Positions 26,660 to 27,959 of a stretch of 27,959 bases of DNA are shown one piece after another. Source of the stretch: a virus (Duplodnaviria > Caudoviricetes); the IMG/VR virus record IMGVR_UViG_3300043423_000096, positions 1 to 27,959 of that record; one strand, written 5' to 3'. The notes under the pieces are model-generated. The model did not search any database, had not been told where the DNA came from, and was given only the letters and a program-made list of their open reading frames with translations. Made by a program: the position numbers and the translations under genes. Positions within the stretch are counted from its first letter, which is position 1, and each line of letters begins with the position of its first letter.

Positions 26660-27193
26660 ATGCTGGACAACGTTGTAAAAATCTCTGCCTTACCCGATTT
26701 CATCGAGCGGACCATCCTCGCTGTGCGCGATGGAATCGCTTCCGCTCGTTCGTCGGGCAGCGTCCTTGCCGAAATGCCGGACAAAATCGACTTCACCGTC
26801 ATGGTCGTTGACGATTGGCAGCCTGAATACTTGGAGATTCGCACAGTAGACTCCTCGTCCGGCACCGACCGTTCCAGCACCTCAGACACAGGGACGTCGC
26901 ACAATAACTCCACCCGCACGGACGGCACGACTACGACGACGAGAACGTCCGGTTCCGACGTATCCACTCGCACCGACGGCACGACCACAACGACGACGAT
27001 GTCCGGCCAAGACACCACTACCCGCACGGACGGCACGACCACAACGACGACGATGACCGGCCAAGACACCACTACCCGCACCGACAATACCACCCGCAAG
27101 GAAAAGGGGACAACTACGGAAACACTAAATGGCACCGAAGACGACAACAGTTCGACTAGCACGGAAACCCACGAGGACGGGTATAGACTTTAA
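26660..27193 (+). CDS. Thr-rich repeat protein A (small N-terminal alpha/beta segment plus ~120-aa Thr/Asp-rich strand)
   Basis: 177-aa ORF with a CCACCATG start context like the capsid gene and 18-aa repeats. Confidence 0.8.
   Translation: MLDNVVKISALPDFIERTILAVRDGIASARSSGSVLAEMPDKIDFTVMVVDDWQPEYLEIRTVDSSSGTDRSSTSDTGTSHNNSTRTDGTTTTTRTSGSDVSTRTDGTTTTTTMSGQDTTTRTDGTTTTTTMTGQDTTTRTDNTTRKEKGTTTETLNGTEDDNSSTSTETHEDGYRL
26912..27085 (+). repeat. 54-bp tandem repeat x3.2 (TRTDGTTTTTTMSGQDTT)
   Basis: Units start at 26912, 26966, 27020 and 27074. Confidence 0.92.
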
Positions 27194-27198
27194 TCACC

Positions 27199-27588
27199 AT
27201 GGCTGGACAACTTAAAGTAACCACAGTCTCAAAAACTCCCGAAGCGAATCGATCCACTAAAAGTAATCGCGAGAACCAAACGGAAAAAGAGGGGACTACC
27301 ACCGATACGGGGTCTGTCACAACGACGGACGTTGCGGGCAAGACCAACACGGCAACCAACGCTGGCTCCATCGTCACGACGGACGCTGCGGGCAAGTCCA
27401 ACACGGTAACCAACGCTGGCTCCATCACAACGACGGATTTGGGAGGGAAAACCAACACCACGACCAACACTGGGAACTCCAGCAAGAGCGGGTTGTCCCG
27501 CCAATACGGCAACAGCGGAGCGCAAATCACCTTTTCGGTCCCCATAAAATGCCGATTCCCGATCACCCCAAGTGGATCCTCCTGCTGA
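27199..27588 (+). CDS. Thr-rich repeat protein B (~110-aa Thr/Asn-rich strand plus C-terminal ITFSVPI strand)
   Basis: 129-aa ORF starting 5 nt after the previous stop, with a TCACCATG context. Confidence 0.8.
   Translation: MAGQLKVTTVSKTPEANRSTKSNRENQTEKEGTTTDTGSVTTTDVAGKTNTATNAGSIVTTDAAGKSNTVTNAGSITTTDLGGKTNTTTNTGNSSKSGLSRQYGNSGAQITFSVPIKCRFPITPSGSSC
27310..27471 (+). repeat. 54-bp tandem repeat x3 (GSITTTDxAGKTNTxTNA)
   Basis: Units start at 27310, 27364 and 27418. Confidence 0.9.
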
Positions 27589-27626
27589 TTCGACTTTTCA
27601 CTTTTCTCTCATCCACTTTTTTCATC

Positions 27627-27959
27627 ATGAGTATTCGCAACAGAATCACCGCTGCCATCGCCGTTTTCACCACAGCAATGGAGACGAAGCTGGCAGGCCT
27701 CGAAGCCGGAGCCACTGCCAACTCGCCGGACGCCACCCTGCTCGCCCGAGCTAATCATACTGGAACGCAGAGTGCCGACACGCTCACCGACGGCACTGCG
27801 AACAAGGCGTTCTTGGCTACGGAGCGGACGAAGCTAGCAAGCCTCACCGTGGGCGCAGGAACCACGGGGGACGCCTATGCCACGAGCCACGAATCGGACA
27901 CGACGGCTCACCCGGCGAGCAGCATCGAAAACATCCCGTCGGGTAGCATCGCGGCGACT
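27627..27959 (+). CDS. Tail fibre-like protein, N-terminal part, truncated at the window edge and absent from the ORF track
   Basis: Open frame MSIRNRITAAIAVFTTAMETKLAGLEAGATANSPDATLLARANHTGTQSADTLTDG...AHPASSI. KLAGLEAGATAN and RANHTGTQ are recurrent phage fibre motifs. Confidence 0.8.
   Translation, partial: MSIRNRITAAIAVFTTAMETKLAGLEAGATANSPDATLLARANHTGTQSADTLTDGTANKAFLATERTKLASLTVGAGTTGDAYATSHESDTTAHPASSIENIPSGSIAAT

Noticed and set aside
27182-27201. Programmed frameshift joining the two Thr-rich genes at CTT-TAA
   Set aside because: A prfB-like +1 shift enters a frame that stops within a few codons. Gene B is in the -1 frame, which has TAG at 27184 and no slippery heptamer after it, and gene B has its own good ATG context.

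Overview
A fragment of a tailed dsDNA phage (or prophage) covering part of the packaging and virion module, in the standard genetic code. Plus strand, in order: 3' part of a terminase large subunit, a 634-aa Ala/Pro-rich protein, a giant ~4,760-aa DarB-like polyvalent protein (Gly/Ala hydrophobic segments, zincin-like domains, SF2 helicase, N6-adenine methyltransferase, LPD38-like C-terminus), scaffold, N4-gp56/DUF4043-like major capsid protein, small virion proteins, two head-tail adaptor paralogs, two Thr-rich repeat proteins and the start of a tail fibre. Two minus-strand islands interrupt this: a small FGKYRG-motif gene behind a structured, attenuator-like leader (1376-2150), and two unknown genes followed by a three-RNA cluster (fMet-like tRNA-CAT, a miniature CCA-ended tRNA-like RNA, and a ~93-nt structured RNA; 18541-20142). 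The best candidates for new biology are the RNA cluster, the pair of Thr-rich genes with matched 3 x 18-aa repeats (possible split beta-hairpin tube), a 2.9-kb in-frame cassette in the giant gene bounded by 74-bp direct repeats, and a shared ACGCAA-N5-TTGCGT palindrome at apparently leaderless divergent promoters. Family names come from motif recognition by eye; no searches or folding programs were run.
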